The notes: generated by a model from the letters alone, not told the origin. Counted from the first letter of the whole stretch, positions 1-12,087 are shown. The stretch is 63,189 nt of DNA, filler included, from Rhabdomonas costata (GCA_019059605.1; 56 parts of 56 records of this genome joined end to end with filler, not necessarily neighbours in it), one strand, 5' to 3'. Program-made: numbers and translations.

Positions 1-290
1 TGTGTTGGGGGGATACAGGGAAGTGCAGTGCTTAAATGCATGCTAAATATTCGTTTGAGGTTAAGCGTCTTATACTTAAAGGCCACATACGATGCAAGAT
101 GGGTGGGTGGGAGGTCTCCCAACAATTCCGTCATGAGGCTACCGTGGCCGTGACGGAGTAGTGCCACAGGTTCAGGGTAAAAAGGATGAACCTGGAGGGG
201 GCAAGAACTGTCTCGAGGCTAGTTAGAGGAGAATATATAACGAGTCTGAGAAGCACACTTCCAACTTTTCTCTCCAGTAAGCACACGCAC

Positions 291-409
291 CAGGTAGCTG
301 GCCAGAAGCACCAGCATGAGGTAGCTCGCCACGAGGTACCACATCACCCGCACCATCCACCACTTCTTGTGCCCCACACTGGTGAACGCCGTGACGACGA
401 GGAAGATCA
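291..409 (-). CDS. Internal exon of an unknown membrane protein
   Basis: tttgcAG|...CTG|GTgcgt. Encodes hydrophobic IFLVVTAFTSVGHKKWWMVRVMWYLVASYLMLVLLASYL. Confidence 0.5.
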
Positions 410-1031
410 CTGCAAACCCCAGGACAGAAAGAATGGAGGAGGGAGGGGCACGGGCCTCCGAACTGGACACATCGGTTGGCAAGAATTATCCCTGTAAATG
501 CAAATGTGAAGACTTGGTGGGACTTGGTGGCGCTGACATCAAATATCCTCCCGCCTGCACTTTAAACATTAACATCACCAAAACCAGCCAGCTTGCTTGT
601 CCAATGGTGTAAACCGCCTATTAATCGCTTAATGGTCACGAGCGTTCCATGCTGTTGTGTATTTTTTTTTTGAAAATTTTAAGTGTTGAACACTGCGGTT
701 ACGGTTACGGTACAGATTCCCTCTCCTCACCACATTCGATGCCCCTGCGAGTGATCACCGGAAGTATCACCCCAGTCCTCACCCACCTCACCCCACCCCC
801 CTCACCCGTTGCCTCCTCTGCGCTCGCAATGTGCACGGGGCACACGCATGCCTAGGCAGCCAAAGGCCACGACAGAGACGGGTAGCCACAGAGCCAGCAG
901 GAGGTACCACACACAGCACAGCAGGCGGGTCAGCGTGTGCTGGGCCCGGAGGTACCGTGGGGTGCCGCCCCCAGAGGCGGAACCGCGGCCCAGCAGCAGC
1001 GCGGCCCCTCCGCCGCGGTAGACAACCCAAC

Positions 1032-1131
1032 NNNNNNNNNNNNNNNNNNNNNNNNNNNNNNNNNNNNNNNNNNNNTTAATTAATTAANNNNNNNNNNNNN
1101 NNNNNNNNNNNNNNNNNNNNNNNNNNNNNNN
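1032..1131. other. Artificial contig spacer (first of 55): 44 N + TTAATTAATTAA + 44 N
   Basis: An identical 100-nt linker with stops in all six frames recurs about every 1130 nt, up to 62060-62159. The intervening contigs are all about 1020-1034 nt. Confidence 0.99.
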
Positions 1132-1244
1132 TGTTGGTTTTTTACTTCTGCATGGAGAACGTTAATACAACGAAGTTATAAGAAAGCAACTTTTTCTCGC
1201 TGTGAAATGCAGTCCCCACAAAGTAAAACGGAGAATGCAATCAC

Positions 1245-1554
1245 CTGAACCGAGCGTCATCTCGTCAGCACGCTCCCCGCTGGGTCGAAAACGGGAACCG
1301 ATGCAGAGGGTACCAGGAGGGAACTTTGTGAAAAGGGGCTCGTAGACAACCACCGCCTGAGCCTTCCCAGGCACCGCCACCCGGCCGAGCCTCCGGAACT
1401 CCACCGGAAGGCCCGCCCCCATGGCCCCATCCTGAGCAGCAACTGCGGGGGAGCTGCCGTGCGAGGACGACGAGCTGCAGGAGGACTGGAAGGGGAGGCT
1501 ACCCGAAGCCCCGGCGAAGGAACTCTCCGAGACCAGCACCACCGTGCCCAGGGC
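1245..1554 (-). CDS. Exon: C-terminal part of a class III adenylate/guanylate cyclase catalytic domain
   Basis: gtccAG|ALGTVVLVSESSF...FRRLGRVAVPGKAQAVVVYE...|GTgatt. Matches the cyclase pattern G-x-x-I-L-V-S-E ... LG-x-V-x-V-K-G-K-x-x-x-V-x-V-Y-E, with a Ser-rich insert. Confidence 0.75.
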
Positions 1555-2357
1555 CTGGACACCCCCAAAAGTACGTGAGTAACTAAAAGAGGATGGCGAT
1601 CCCTGATCCATGCTTCCGTTCCGCCTCGATGGCCGCGATTGCACAAACAACAGAAACTTGCCCTCCCACCCCGATACACGGGAGTCATGGGAAACTGGTC
1701 CAATCAAGAAGAAGTAACGGAAGAGACACTATTAGACTACGACTGCACAAGCGAAGCAACGGTGCTTCGGTTCCAGCCAGACCCCTGAGATTCTAGTCCT
1801 TCTCGCATCAACGCTTCGATCAGAGCTGGGAAAAACGCAAGCTGGCGAAGCCAAAAATGCAACGAAAAACACCGCTAAAAAATCGCATTTCAGTCCAAAA
1901 TTCCCAACATCAAAAAGACTGTATTACAGGCAGGCGTCAGAAGTTCTTCCATCGCCTTCAATAGCGGCCAACGGCGGTGACGTCCGTCCCCACAACCCAG
2001 TTGCGAAAAAAAAAGTGAAAACAAAGGTCACAAAAGTGGGGAGAAGAGGATCTTCTGGTATTCCAACAATGACAGCACTCCGGAAAAGAGAAACGCGACC
2101 CCCGAATTCTCGGAGTGGCGACAAGTACCGCCTTCAGAGGACACCAAAACCCNNNNNNNNNNNNNNNNNNNNNNNNNNNNNNNNNNNNNNNNNNNNTTAA
2201 TTAATTAANNNNNNNNNNNNNNNNNNNNNNNNNNNNNNNNNNNNNNNNNNNNTGTGTGGTGTGTTTGGGGGGTGGGTATGAATGCGGTAGAACAGCCAGA
2301 GCATGAGTCGGTTGTAAATTTGGCACAGATAAGGGGGGAGGGGAAGGCATGGACACC

Positions 2358-3020
2358 GCCGTGACGAAGAAGGAGTTCGTATCAGTCTCAGGAACGGCCG
2401 CTGTGGCGGGCTCATAGGACTCGGGCTGCCGCGCTTGGGCTCGGGGAAAGACTGGAAGAAAACGAGTGGAGAAAACGGGAACAGGTCAGTAAGAAGAAGT
2501 AGAAGGAGGAGGCCTTTTGTACTGCCCGAGCATCCTTCAACTTCAGTGTTTAAACGTGTAGTGGAGTTTTACCTTTCATTTCAGGCGATACCCTGCCGGT
2601 AAAAAAAAGCTGTGGAACTTGTTGAAATTATCCATTGTCACAGCAAGATTGCAAGTTGCAAGCGACCTCGCAATAATGCAATGAAGACGATATGCTGGAA
2701 TTGTTTTTATCACGTGGCATGCTATCACATGGCGGTTAAGAATCTTTTTGAGCGTTATTATTTCTCCTGCAACTTCCAGAAGTATCAACTCAACAAAAAA
2801 TCTCATGACCTACAAGACCAAGGCAGCCTGATTTGAAAGCGGGAAGGTGGTGGGTGGTGGCATCCATACCGGAGTTCCGCTTGCGCAGCTCCTTTAAAGA
2901 GACCATCTTCTTGGCGTTGAGGCAGTAGAAGTCCGCCACGCGGCGCTTCGGGGGAATGGGGCCCTCCAGCACAACGGTGACGTCCAGCTGGGTCATCTCG
3001 AAAATCAGCAGGCTGAGGTC
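2358..3020 (-). CDS. Two exons of an unknown protein (about 3020-2828 and 2452-2358)
   Basis: Pyrimidine-rich AG acceptors (tgcttgcAG|GAC, ttcttccAG|TCT). A phase-1 join gives DLSLLIFEMTQLDVTVVLEGPIPP...FPRAQARQPESYEPA...FFVTA|GTgtcc. Confidence 0.45.
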
Positions 3021-3621
3021 CTGCAAGCATAAAAAATAACAGGGGTCAGACGACAGGCCGCAAACCAGACTTCACGGTAAAATGATATCTCCAGAATCAA
3101 AAGAAACAGCAGGAGCGCCATTGCTGATTGCCCTCTGCGAAAATACCTGTGTTCTGAGCGAGCAGTGGTCGGGGTAACAGTGACAAAACGCAAAACTCGA
3201 TTTAAAAAGAGGCCATCACTGTGGAAAAAATGGACACCAATGCACCCTCTCGCTTGCAAAGATCGTCAGGACCCCACAACAANNNNNNNNNNNNNNNNNN
3301 NNNNNNNNNNNNNNNNNNNNNNNNNNTTAATTAATTAANNNNNNNNNNNNNNNNNNNNNNNNNNNNNNNNNNNNNNNNNNNNGGGTTGGTGCGCAGTTTT
3401 CTTGTCCCAACATTGACAAAGATGCGAATTATTTGCCTTTTCAGGATCCTTTTTATTTTGAGTTTGGTCGAATGGTCTGGAACGAATTTGCATTTAGCAT
3501 CACATGACAACGGAGGAAAGCGAAAGCTGTACCAATTCCCTGCGGTGCCACCTAGAGCCAAGGATCCACCTGGAGGAGGGTAACAGTGTAGCACCAGCCT
3601 CCCCACGCTTCCCACGCTCAC

Positions 3622-3687
3622 CTTCGCTGGCGCAGGCTTGAACTGCAGCAGCTCAGTCCGCAGCTTGCCCAGCTCCTCATCCTGGCC
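3622..3687 (-). CDS. Short internal exon, coiled-coil-like, unknown protein
   Basis: gtgcAG|GQDEELGKLRTELLQFKPAPAK|GTgagc. Confidence 0.4.
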
Positions 3688-4608
3688 CTGCACACGTCAC
3701 ATCGAAACGCGTTCATCTATGTCTGTGAGGGTGTGTCCGTGCACGCGTGGTCAGGAATGTTTTGGGTGTCGACCTCAATTACCTGGGAAACCGAGATTTT
3801 ATGTTAACACATCTCAACAGCGCATGCCCGCACAGATGGGATGCCAATCCATCCACTTCCAGGTCGGAGACTCGCTCTTGCCTTCTTGATTTCTCGTCCA
3901 CATAAGTGAGCCGGAAACAAACAAGGCTGCTTCATCCGGAGACAGAGCGCAGTCTGTAGCATTCGGAGCAGAAGTCGTTTTGCCCTAGTTTTTAAATTGT
4001 TGACCGTTCGGCCAGGGAGGAGCAACACGATATGGAAGGGAGCGGCGATTTTTGGCAAAGCACCACTCCTATTGGATTTTAGGTACCCAGAGCACAGGTG
4101 AAGTATCGGCGTAAAGGACAGGCTTTTTTGAAGATAACAGGGGTACGTTTCTGATACACGCCGCTCACCTTCAACCCCCAACCTCCCAAACATCAGGCAA
4201 CGCATTGGCTGCTCTGGTTTTGTACTGCCCAGCCCTAAAACGTGTGCTCTAACTGCTGTGACAAAAGTCTCAGTTTACGGGGGAGCCTACTATATTTTGA
4301 GTGTGTGGTTTGTAATTGCAAGTAGTATTCTAACATCGAGCTGACCGGCAAGCCCAAGGATCAGCACCTCAACTCTGGACAGGGGTCGACATAGTCAATC
4401 AACACAACAAACANNNNNNNNNNNNNNNNNNNNNNNNNNNNNNNNNNNNNNNNNNNNTTAATTAATTAANNNNNNNNNNNNNNNNNNNNNNNNNNNNNNN
4501 NNNNNNNNNNNNNGTGTTGGAAGCGTGAGAATGGCGGAAGATTACATGACGCAGTTGGAAGCAGTGTCAGCGCCCGACGCACACTCACCCAACGCTGCCC
4601 ACGTCCAC

Positions 4609-4972
4609 CTGTAGTAAGACAAGTTGGGATTCTTCCAGCTGTTGTACAACATCCCGTAGCCCATCACAACCACTCGCTGGTCTCTCTCCTTGCCGTAGTA
4701 AACTGAGTGAGAAAGAATGGAAGGAGGCAGCAGCTGTGAAAGCCGAGTCGAGACCCAGTCATCGACAAGCTGACACACACCATAGTCCTCGAGCAAGCCA
4801 CCCACATGGCTGCTGTTGATCTCGATGGTGGGGCAAACTTCCACAGTCTCATGTGGAGCGAAGCTTTTCGTGGCGAAAACCCCTCGACCGTGAATGGGGC
4901 TCTTCCCGAGCCGAATGTGGTACCTCTGCGAGCCGGAGCTGGAAGTGGGCTTCTCGGGGGGTTTTGCGTCAT
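4609..4972 (-). CDS. SET-domain protein of the small bacterial/viral type; exons 4972-4781 and 4702-4609
   Basis: KSPIHGRGVFATKSF...VEVCPTI...LEDY|VY...VMGYGMLYNSWKNPN. A 78-nt GT-AG intron (4780-4703) is in frame and is read through in the ORF track. Confidence 0.8.
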
Positions 4973-5644
4973 CTGTGAATGACAGCAGAGCACCAATATT
5001 TTTATAAAAAGCATCAAGAGATGGGTCGTGAAGACGCACGAAAAACAGGCAGCGAAGTGTGTCAGCCCCGAAACAGGGCGCTGGGCTAAAAAAGTCGCGT
5101 GGATTGAAAAAGAACAAAAAGCACATCGCAAAAGCGGAAATCCGGATTGGGGTTCACTGAATCGCTGCTTTTCATTGATTTTATTTTTTTTACGCAAGGC
5201 GTGTATTGCAATGCAACGAAGCGCATCCCCACGAATGTATCCAATGTGCTTATGAGAAGCCCAATTCTAATTCCCATCCCCATCCCATAATCACACCGTT
5301 GTCATTGCCACTCCAACTCACAGCTTTGCATGGTTAGAGCGAAAAGGCTGCACAATACCCCAACACTACAATTATTGTAGCTGTCCCAGTGAAGTGGGGC
5401 CACGGCCCTCAAACACCCCGAAACCGGCTGTAAATGAAAAAACGCAGCAACCCTAAACAAGCATCATCCGTCCACATCGACAAACTTCTTTAACTTGTTC
5501 GCCCCTTCCGAAGATTGCATCAGAAGTTTAACCCCCCACCCCACNNNNNNNNNNNNNNNNNNNNNNNNNNNNNNNNNNNNNNNNNNNNTTAATTAATTAA
5601 NNNNNNNNNNNNNNNNNNNNNNNNNNNNNNNNNNNNNNNNNNNN

Positions 5645-6130
5645 GGTGGTGGGTCAAGCTGAGTGTGCTGGTGCCTGCTGTCTCGATGCCTTCTGTGTCT
5701 CAGCCTTCTGTGTCTCAGCCTTCTGTTTCTGTCTCTGTACCTGTTACTGTTTCTGTATCTACGCATTCTGTGTCTGTGACTGTGTCTGTGCAGGTGATGT
5801 CATGCTCTGTCTCAAGGCCTTCCTGTCTTACGGTGTCTGTTTCTACGCCTTCCTTCCCTGTTGCTATGCCTTCTGTTTCCAGTGCTTGTCCTGTGCTTGT
5901 TGTTGCTGATGGTGGTTGGAGGAGTGCGTGGATTTCTGACGGTGCGTGGATTTTTGGGGTCCTGTGTGTGGGATGTGATGTTTGTGTCTCAACGGCTTCA
6001 TCAGTGCCTGTGTGTTCCCAAGGCGATGATGTTCGGAGGTGGTTCGGAGGGCTCAGGGTGTGTTCTTGTTTCGAGGGGTGTTCTTGTATCTGTAATGGGT
6101 TCAGGGTGCGTAAGGTGATGTGAAGGTGTA
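5645..6130. repeat. Low-complexity short-repeat array (GCCTTCTGT/GTGTCT-rich)
   Basis: Repeated GCCTTCTGTGTCTCA-like units. Shares motifs with 21960-22509 in the opposite orientation. Confidence 0.6.
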
Positions 6131-6239
6131 AGGGTAGAAGTGAGGCATTCCTACCAGCTTTCATCCTCTACTCCTCTACGCTGCACAACAGCTGCACACA
6201 ATCCTCCACGGTTGCTTAAACGCACACGTACTGTAGCGG

Positions 6240-6675
6240 ATGCTGCAGACCATCGTTTCCCCTTCAGACGCCGGAGACTCGTTAAGCATGTGTCAGACAC
6301 AACTCCCTCCGACTAATGAGGCACTTTACCGGGGCTTTGGACCATGTGGTCATGCTACTGTCCCACTGAGCCTGTGGCTTTCCAACCGCCTACCGCTTCA
6401 TCTCCCTTCCCACCCTCCTCTTCTTTCCAGCAAAGCTCCCAACCGCCACTCAGCCTTCTTCCAGACCTTATGTGCCGCTTCTCTTCTCTCCCCTTCCTCC
6501 TATCCTTATGGTTCTCCCACTTTTCTCACTTACAAGTCCGCGGTGAAGGCTCGGATGATCTGTGATCTGCGTTTCTACAACTCCCTTTCTGTTTCACTCA
6601 TTTCAAAACCACCCGCCTTTTCTTTACCCCAGCTGGAATCACTGTTCACCTCACGCTTTGGTCCTCCCCACAAAA
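6240..6675 (+). mobile_element. Reverse transcriptase N-terminal fragment, probably a tyrosine-recombinase (DIRS/Ngaro/VIPER-like) retroelement
   Basis: YGSPTFLTYKSAVKARMICDLRFYN...KPPAFSLPQL matches RT motifs 1-2 (SPxFxVxK...RxIxDLRxxN...PxFxLP). Truncated by the contig end. Confidence 0.65.
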
Positions 6676-9063
6676 NNNNNNNNNNNNNNNNNNNNNNNNN
6701 NNNNNNNNNNNNNNNNNNNTTAATTAATTAANNNNNNNNNNNNNNNNNNNNNNNNNNNNNNNNNNNNNNNNNNNNGTTTTTGGTGAACCTGGTCGTGTAC
6801 CTGAAGTGAAGAGCAATTGTGAAGCAAGCAAGTACTGAGCCGCTGAACTGATAAGGGGGGAGGGAGACGAATATGTACAGTAGGGAAGCATCTGTTTTCT
6901 GTTTTTGTAGCGCCACTGTTGAAGGACCTTCCTGCCTCTGCACACTACTGGTTGTGCGGGTGTGGGAAATAGTGGGTCCTGACAGAATGCTCCGTTCCAC
7001 CTGAATGCTTTTAGGCTTTGACTATATCGAGTGCAATGGGTGTATTTTTTCTTCAATGTTCGTTCCCTAATCGATTAGTATGAGAGTCGCTGTCTTTTTT
7101 TTGACCTTATTGGATTCTTTATGGAAACCTCAGCTATCATGGTTTTTGATTTAGGGGAGCTTCCTCCACTTTGCCTCCACTTTTGTTTTGAGCTTGATGG
7201 TAACCCAGGCGGAGCAGTGCGAACCTACTTTGTTTGCTGTAGGCTCGATGTGCTTCAGCTCACCAAATGACTCGGACACCATGTTCTGTTTTGTGGCTGG
7301 CTTGCCTTGGAATGGGTTGGTTCGGGAGAGCCTTCCGTGAAAAGGGTGAACTATGCTGCTTCCTTTTATGCTGAAATCCCTCCTGTGATGGCGGCCTCAG
7401 CTACCCATCGCGTAGTACCCATTGTTGGCTTCTAAATTGGTCTGGACAAGCTCCCCTCACCTCCCACTTCCATGAAACTGAGGAGGATGATTTCGGGACG
7501 GGGTCTGATTCCCCGTCTTCCCCGCATTTGCCATCTCAGCGCATCACTGGCGCGCTGTCTTGCACGTCCCAGCCAAGCTTAATTTTCACCTCTGGAGCTT
7601 GCTTTTGCATTGTTCAGAAGGTCAGCATGTTCCGCTCCGCAGGGTGGCTGATACAGGTCGGGCAGAGAATGGGCCGAGCACCCGCAGCGATTTACTCCCG
7701 TCCTTCTGTTTCGTTGCTACCAAAAAGTAGAGCGAGGAAGTTTTTGAATCATCTTGGGCCTTCTCCAAACGGTTTGACATCTTGGACTAAGTGAACACCC
7801 CACCCNNNNNNNNNNNNNNNNNNNNNNNNNNNNNNNNNNNNNNNNNNNNTTAATTAATTAANNNNNNNNNNNNNNNNNNNNNNNNNNNNNNNNNNNNNNN
7901 NNNNNGGGTTTGGGTGAGAGGGTGCTCTGAACAACTAGATGGAGACAGCGCGAGCGAAGATCCCGAGCTTTGAAGCACGGTGACCTTGCGCCATCATCAG
8001 TGTGACCTTCTAAACTTTCTCCGCAACTTTATCGGTCTGACATCATTACTCAAGTCGCAGCGCGATGAAAAAGAAGGGAAAAAGTGGTGCAAAAGAAAAA
8101 AGCGAAAAAATTCCTCTCCGGGAACTTCCGCTCACAAACAACGAAAAACGGGAGGGGGGGGGTCGGACCCCGAAAGCCTTCATCAGGTCGGAGCTGAAGA
8201 GATGTCTCGTGGCAGCCACTTCGCGGAGAACATTGAAGTAAGCCTCCGGGTCACAGTCTTTCTGGTCCCAGTATCTGAGTCAAAAGAAAGAAGTGTACAC
8301 CACAAGTATCATCAATAGCATGCACCCAACTATCTTTCGCAGCATAATCACAACGACACAACAGCGAAAAGGGTCACCTACTCTCCGTCAGACTCTTCCT
8401 CAGCAACACAGGCACAGCTTCCAGGGTTACGGGTTACGCAGCTCAGCATTTTTGTGAATGGGTTGGCCTTTGCAATTAGCAAGGGCTGGTTGACAATGCC
8501 AGGACTTTTGTTTCTGACCTGCGAGCCTTTAAACTTTAAAGGAGGGTTGGTCTCCAGCACTGTTGGAATAGCTCACACAGGTCCGCAATAGTGGGCTGCG
8601 TCTTGAAGCAGGTAAAGACCCTCTCCAGACTGGGCAGCATACTTTTCTACGACCCTCGCGTGGAGGTGAGGACTCCACCTCCGGCCACATCATTATCATC
8701 ATTGTCATCACGGACAAGAGAGAGAATTAGAAAAAGAGGGGGGGAGACACACACCGCCGGTAGTTTCGCATGAGGGACTGCAAAAGCAACGTGGGCTGCG
8801 GGGCTTGCTGTGCACCCGCCCGCTCGAGCAAATCTCTGATCTCCTCATCATTAAAGTCCACGTAGTCAAGCAGAGGACCGTACCTGACCCACCCCCCTCC
8901 ACTCCCAAGTATGCATGAAAAAAGGCAGATGACCCANNNNNNNNNNNNNNNNNNNNNNNNNNNNNNNNNNNNNNNNNNNNTTAATTAATTAANNNNNNNN
9001 NNNNNNNNNNNNNNNNNNNNNNNNNNNNNNNNNNNNCTCTGAAACACCAGGAGCGGCCTGGGG

Positions 9064-9500
9064 TTACCAAACCGAACCAAATTCAGAGGATCCGAACCCA
9101 CCTTTACCTCGCACACTCCCCAGAAGTTGTGGAACAACGCGCACGGGGTGTGTTGCAATGTACTTTAATACTGTAATTGCGCCACCCGATCACCCTTATT
9201 GACGCGGTAGTCCCTACTTCCGTGGTTGAACAGCAAGATCTTCACATTCCATCGGTAGTCGGGATCAATTACTCCCTCTCCAACCGAGATGTGGTGCTTC
9301 CAGGCCAAACCACTGCGCGGAGCAAAGCGCCCATACATGCCGGTAGGTATGGCAAAGGCCAAGTCTGTGGGAATGAGCGCATTGTCTCCAGCTGCTGACC
9401 ACATCTTCTGCACTGGCCATGTCAAAACCTGCTGCAAATGTGGTGCTTCGGCGCGGCAAAACAGCCTTGCTGCTGAGGCATTTCACCAGCAGAGGTTCCA
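9064..9500 (-). pseudogene. dut: Trimeric dUTPase, frameshifted, directly downstream of the retroelement protease
   Basis: All five motifs are present across three frames: [36 protein letters not shown]. Frameshifts fall near 9400 and 9172. Confidence 0.92.
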
Positions 9501-9542
9501 CCTCTGAAACCGAAACCTTCTCCGGAGCAGCCGGATGGGTTC

Positions 9543-10067
9543 CTAGCACGAGAGGGGCTGACTCAGGCTCCACAACCCGTTCCTGAGCGACAGTATGAGC
9601 TCGGGCACAACGGCATTCAGTTGCTGGTTATGCACCTCTTCAGAAGGAGGAAGGGATGGTGGGGGGTATGGTAATAAACTCCTGATTGTTTTCGCAACAG
9701 GAACACGAGTAAGCTTCTTTCCCATACTAATCTGCACTGTCCTCTCCACACAGTTAATCAAAGTGTTGAACTGATGAACGAAATGATAGCCCAACACAAT
9801 GGGAAGAGGAGTTTCAATCACAAAAATGAAAAGCCTCACCTGCAACTCCACTATCTTCCATTGTAAGTTAACATAGTGCGCCACTGTCAGGGTATTCCCA
9901 TTTGAGACCTTCATCTGAATCTGTGACTTCAAAGTCAACAATTTGTAGCGTGCCTCACACACAACTTCCGAACTGATGAAAGAGTCCGAAGCTACCGAGT
10001 CCAGCAAAGAAAAGTGCGCTGTTGATCCAACTGTAACTGGCAGAAAGAGCAAAGGCATTTGGCTCGG
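9543..10067 (-). mobile_element. Retropepsin-type aspartic protease of an LTR (Ty3/Gypsy-like) retroelement, degenerate
   Basis: SLLDSVASDSFIS (canonical LLDSGAS), VSNG flap, IVLGYHFV (canonical ILGxDFL), INCVERTVQI. Confidence 0.8.
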
Positions 10068-10427
10068 NNNNNNNNNNNNNNNNNNNNNNNNNNNNNNNNN
10101 NNNNNNNNNNNTTAATTAATTAANNNNNNNNNNNNNNNNNNNNNNNNNNNNNNNNNNNNNNNNNNNNTGTTTTTGGGTTCTGACCGAGAAGTTTTCGGAT
10201 TGTGGAACTCTGCCGTTTTGTCTGTTGAGCTATTAAAAGGAAGGTGAGTTGTTCGGTGTAACTTGCTTGTTGGCCGAGGGCCAAGCTAACAAAACAATCG
10301 CCCGCAGTTCGTTGCATCGAAACTTTTCCAAAAGCCGGAGGAGGCGGAGGGGCAGGAGCACAACACAAGACTGAAGATCCGCCCAGAACGCACACGACAC
10401 CATACCGATTACGGATTGCATCCATTC

Positions 10428-11198
10428 TCAGGCCAACAAGGGATGACGAGAAGACCAATCACCACTGCTGAACAGAGAGGAGGGGCTTACCGCAGAGCTG
10501 AAGGGTGCCACGTCCTGCTGGCAAACCGCCCCCTTCGGAGGAAGTTCCCCCGTGATGAGGTACTTGGAGATGTAGTCGTTGGCGCAGGCGCTGGGGTTGA
10601 GCACAACGCCATGGCCGTACCCCTCCACCGTCAACAAGCGGGCGTTGGCCAGGAGCTTCGCCATCGCCTTGGAGTTCTCAAACGGGGTCGCGGAGTCATA
10701 GGTGGGGCCGAGTACCAGCACAGTTTGGTTCGTCATCCGATTCCAAGGTCCGGTGTACCAGTTCGAGGCCCTTGCACGCCACGATGCGCAGGGCAGATAG
10801 ACCCAAACGGGAACGAGGGCCAAGGGGCCATAGGCGGCACTTGCCAGCTTCGCTATGGTGACAAGGGCAGCTGGGTTTCTTGGATTGGGGCTCTCCCCGC
10901 AAACCACCGCGTATCTCTGCTCCGCGCCTCTGTAGAGCTCTTGAGCCTGCTGCTGCTGCTGCTGCCGCTGCAGAGGCGGCGGCTGCACCTCCACATCTGG
11001 AGAGCCTGCTTTCCACACCTCCTCAAGCATCCCTGCCAGAGACGACCAGCCCCCCTTCTTACCGGCATCGGGGTGAACCATATAAAGTCCTGAGAAGATA
11101 TTACCGACAACTCGGGCGTACGTCATATTCGTGCCATTGAGATAGATGGGGCGGGCTCGCAGGCGCTCCAGTAGGGCGTCAAACTTCTGCTTGGTCTG
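10428..11198 (-). CDS. TAP-like alpha/beta-hydrolase (tripeptidyl aminopeptidase family), 5'-partial
   Basis: Open frame from the contig edge: KFDALLERLRARP...AVVCGES...CASW...VLVLGPTYDSATPF...ARLLTVEGYGHG...SACANDYISKYLITGELP. Catalytic Asp and His motifs are present. Confidence 0.88.
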   Translation of the reverse strand, partial: QTKQKFDALLERLRARPIYLNGTNMTYARVVGNIFSGLYMVHPDAGKKGGWSSLAGMLEEVWKAGSPDVEVQPPPLQRQQQQQQAQELYRGAEQRYAVVCGESPNPRNPAALVTIAKLASAAYGPLALVPVWVYLPCASWRARASNWYTGPWNRMTNQTVLVLGPTYDSATPFENSKAMAKLLANARLLTVEGYGHGVVLNPSACANDYISKYLITGELPPKGAVCQQDVAPFSSAVSPSSLFSSGDWSSRHPLLA

Positions 11199-11364
11199 NN
11201 NNNNNNNNNNNNNNNNNNNNNNNNNNNNNNNNNNNNNNNNNNTTAATTAATTAANNNNNNNNNNNNNNNNNNNNNNNNNNNNNNNNNNNNNNNNNNNNGT
11301 TGGTGTTTCCTATTCCTGCTCTTTTGCAATGCCCCCGTCCTCCGCTCGCTCGTTACCGCACCGC

Positions 11365-12087
11365 TTAGTACGGGCGGAACCGTCCTCCACCGCCACCGCC
11401 ACCGCCACCGTAGCGGTTGCGCATTGCCCCGCCATCCATGCCCTTCATTTGCATCAGCTGGGGCGGTACCTGCGGGGAAGGGCAGCGATGCTTCGAAGCG
11501 AAAAAAGGCGAGAAAGTCGGCAATAGTGCGATTGACCTTGCGCAGAAAAAGCAGAAGCAAGAGGTGCTATGTAACATGACCGCATCTAAAAGAAAAAAAT
11601 CTTAAAGATTTCATGAAAGAGCCCAAGTGGAGGTAGTAACTTCCAAAAAAGGGGTCAACAGAGACAGAGTACGGGTTTCACTGATTGTTTTGTGTCAAAG
11701 TTATGAGCTGGACACTGGGGTGCCAATGGGGATTTTTTTTGGGAAACAATCGATTCTTCTTGAGATACACTGAGTTTTGGTAAGAATCGGTTTTGGTGAG
11801 CGTCAATTCCCCCCTTGCCCTCTTGAATTCTCTTCCAGGACACATCCCCACAGCCGTCGAAACGTAAGAGTTTTGGAACGTGTGCACAGATTGGAATTTA
11901 ATGGGCTAAGTTTTCGGCCCTGGACCGCAAAAAGGAAAGGGGGAAGGGGGGTTCTCACCGTCTGCCCGGCATCCTCGAGGATCTTGATCAGCTCCCGGGC
12001 CATCCTGCCGTGCTTGGAGCTGAAAAAGGAGTGGGCCTCTCCGGTGGCACCCGCTCGGCCCGTTCGGCCGATGCGGTGCACGTAGTC
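11365..12087 (-). CDS. DBP2: DEAD-box RNA helicase (DBP2/DDX5-like), last two exons 12087-11959 and 11469-11365
   Basis: Motif [15 protein letters not shown], then [19 protein letters not shown] across a GT-AG intron, with a Gly-rich tail ending RFRPY*. Confidence 0.85.

Noticed and set aside
5665-6164. Ser/Val- and Thr/Glu-rich ORFs on both strands
   Set aside because: They are translations of a short-repeat array.
6776-7805. Possible decayed transposon coding sequence (also 61030-62059)
   Set aside because: No diagnostic motif could be read in the frames examined.
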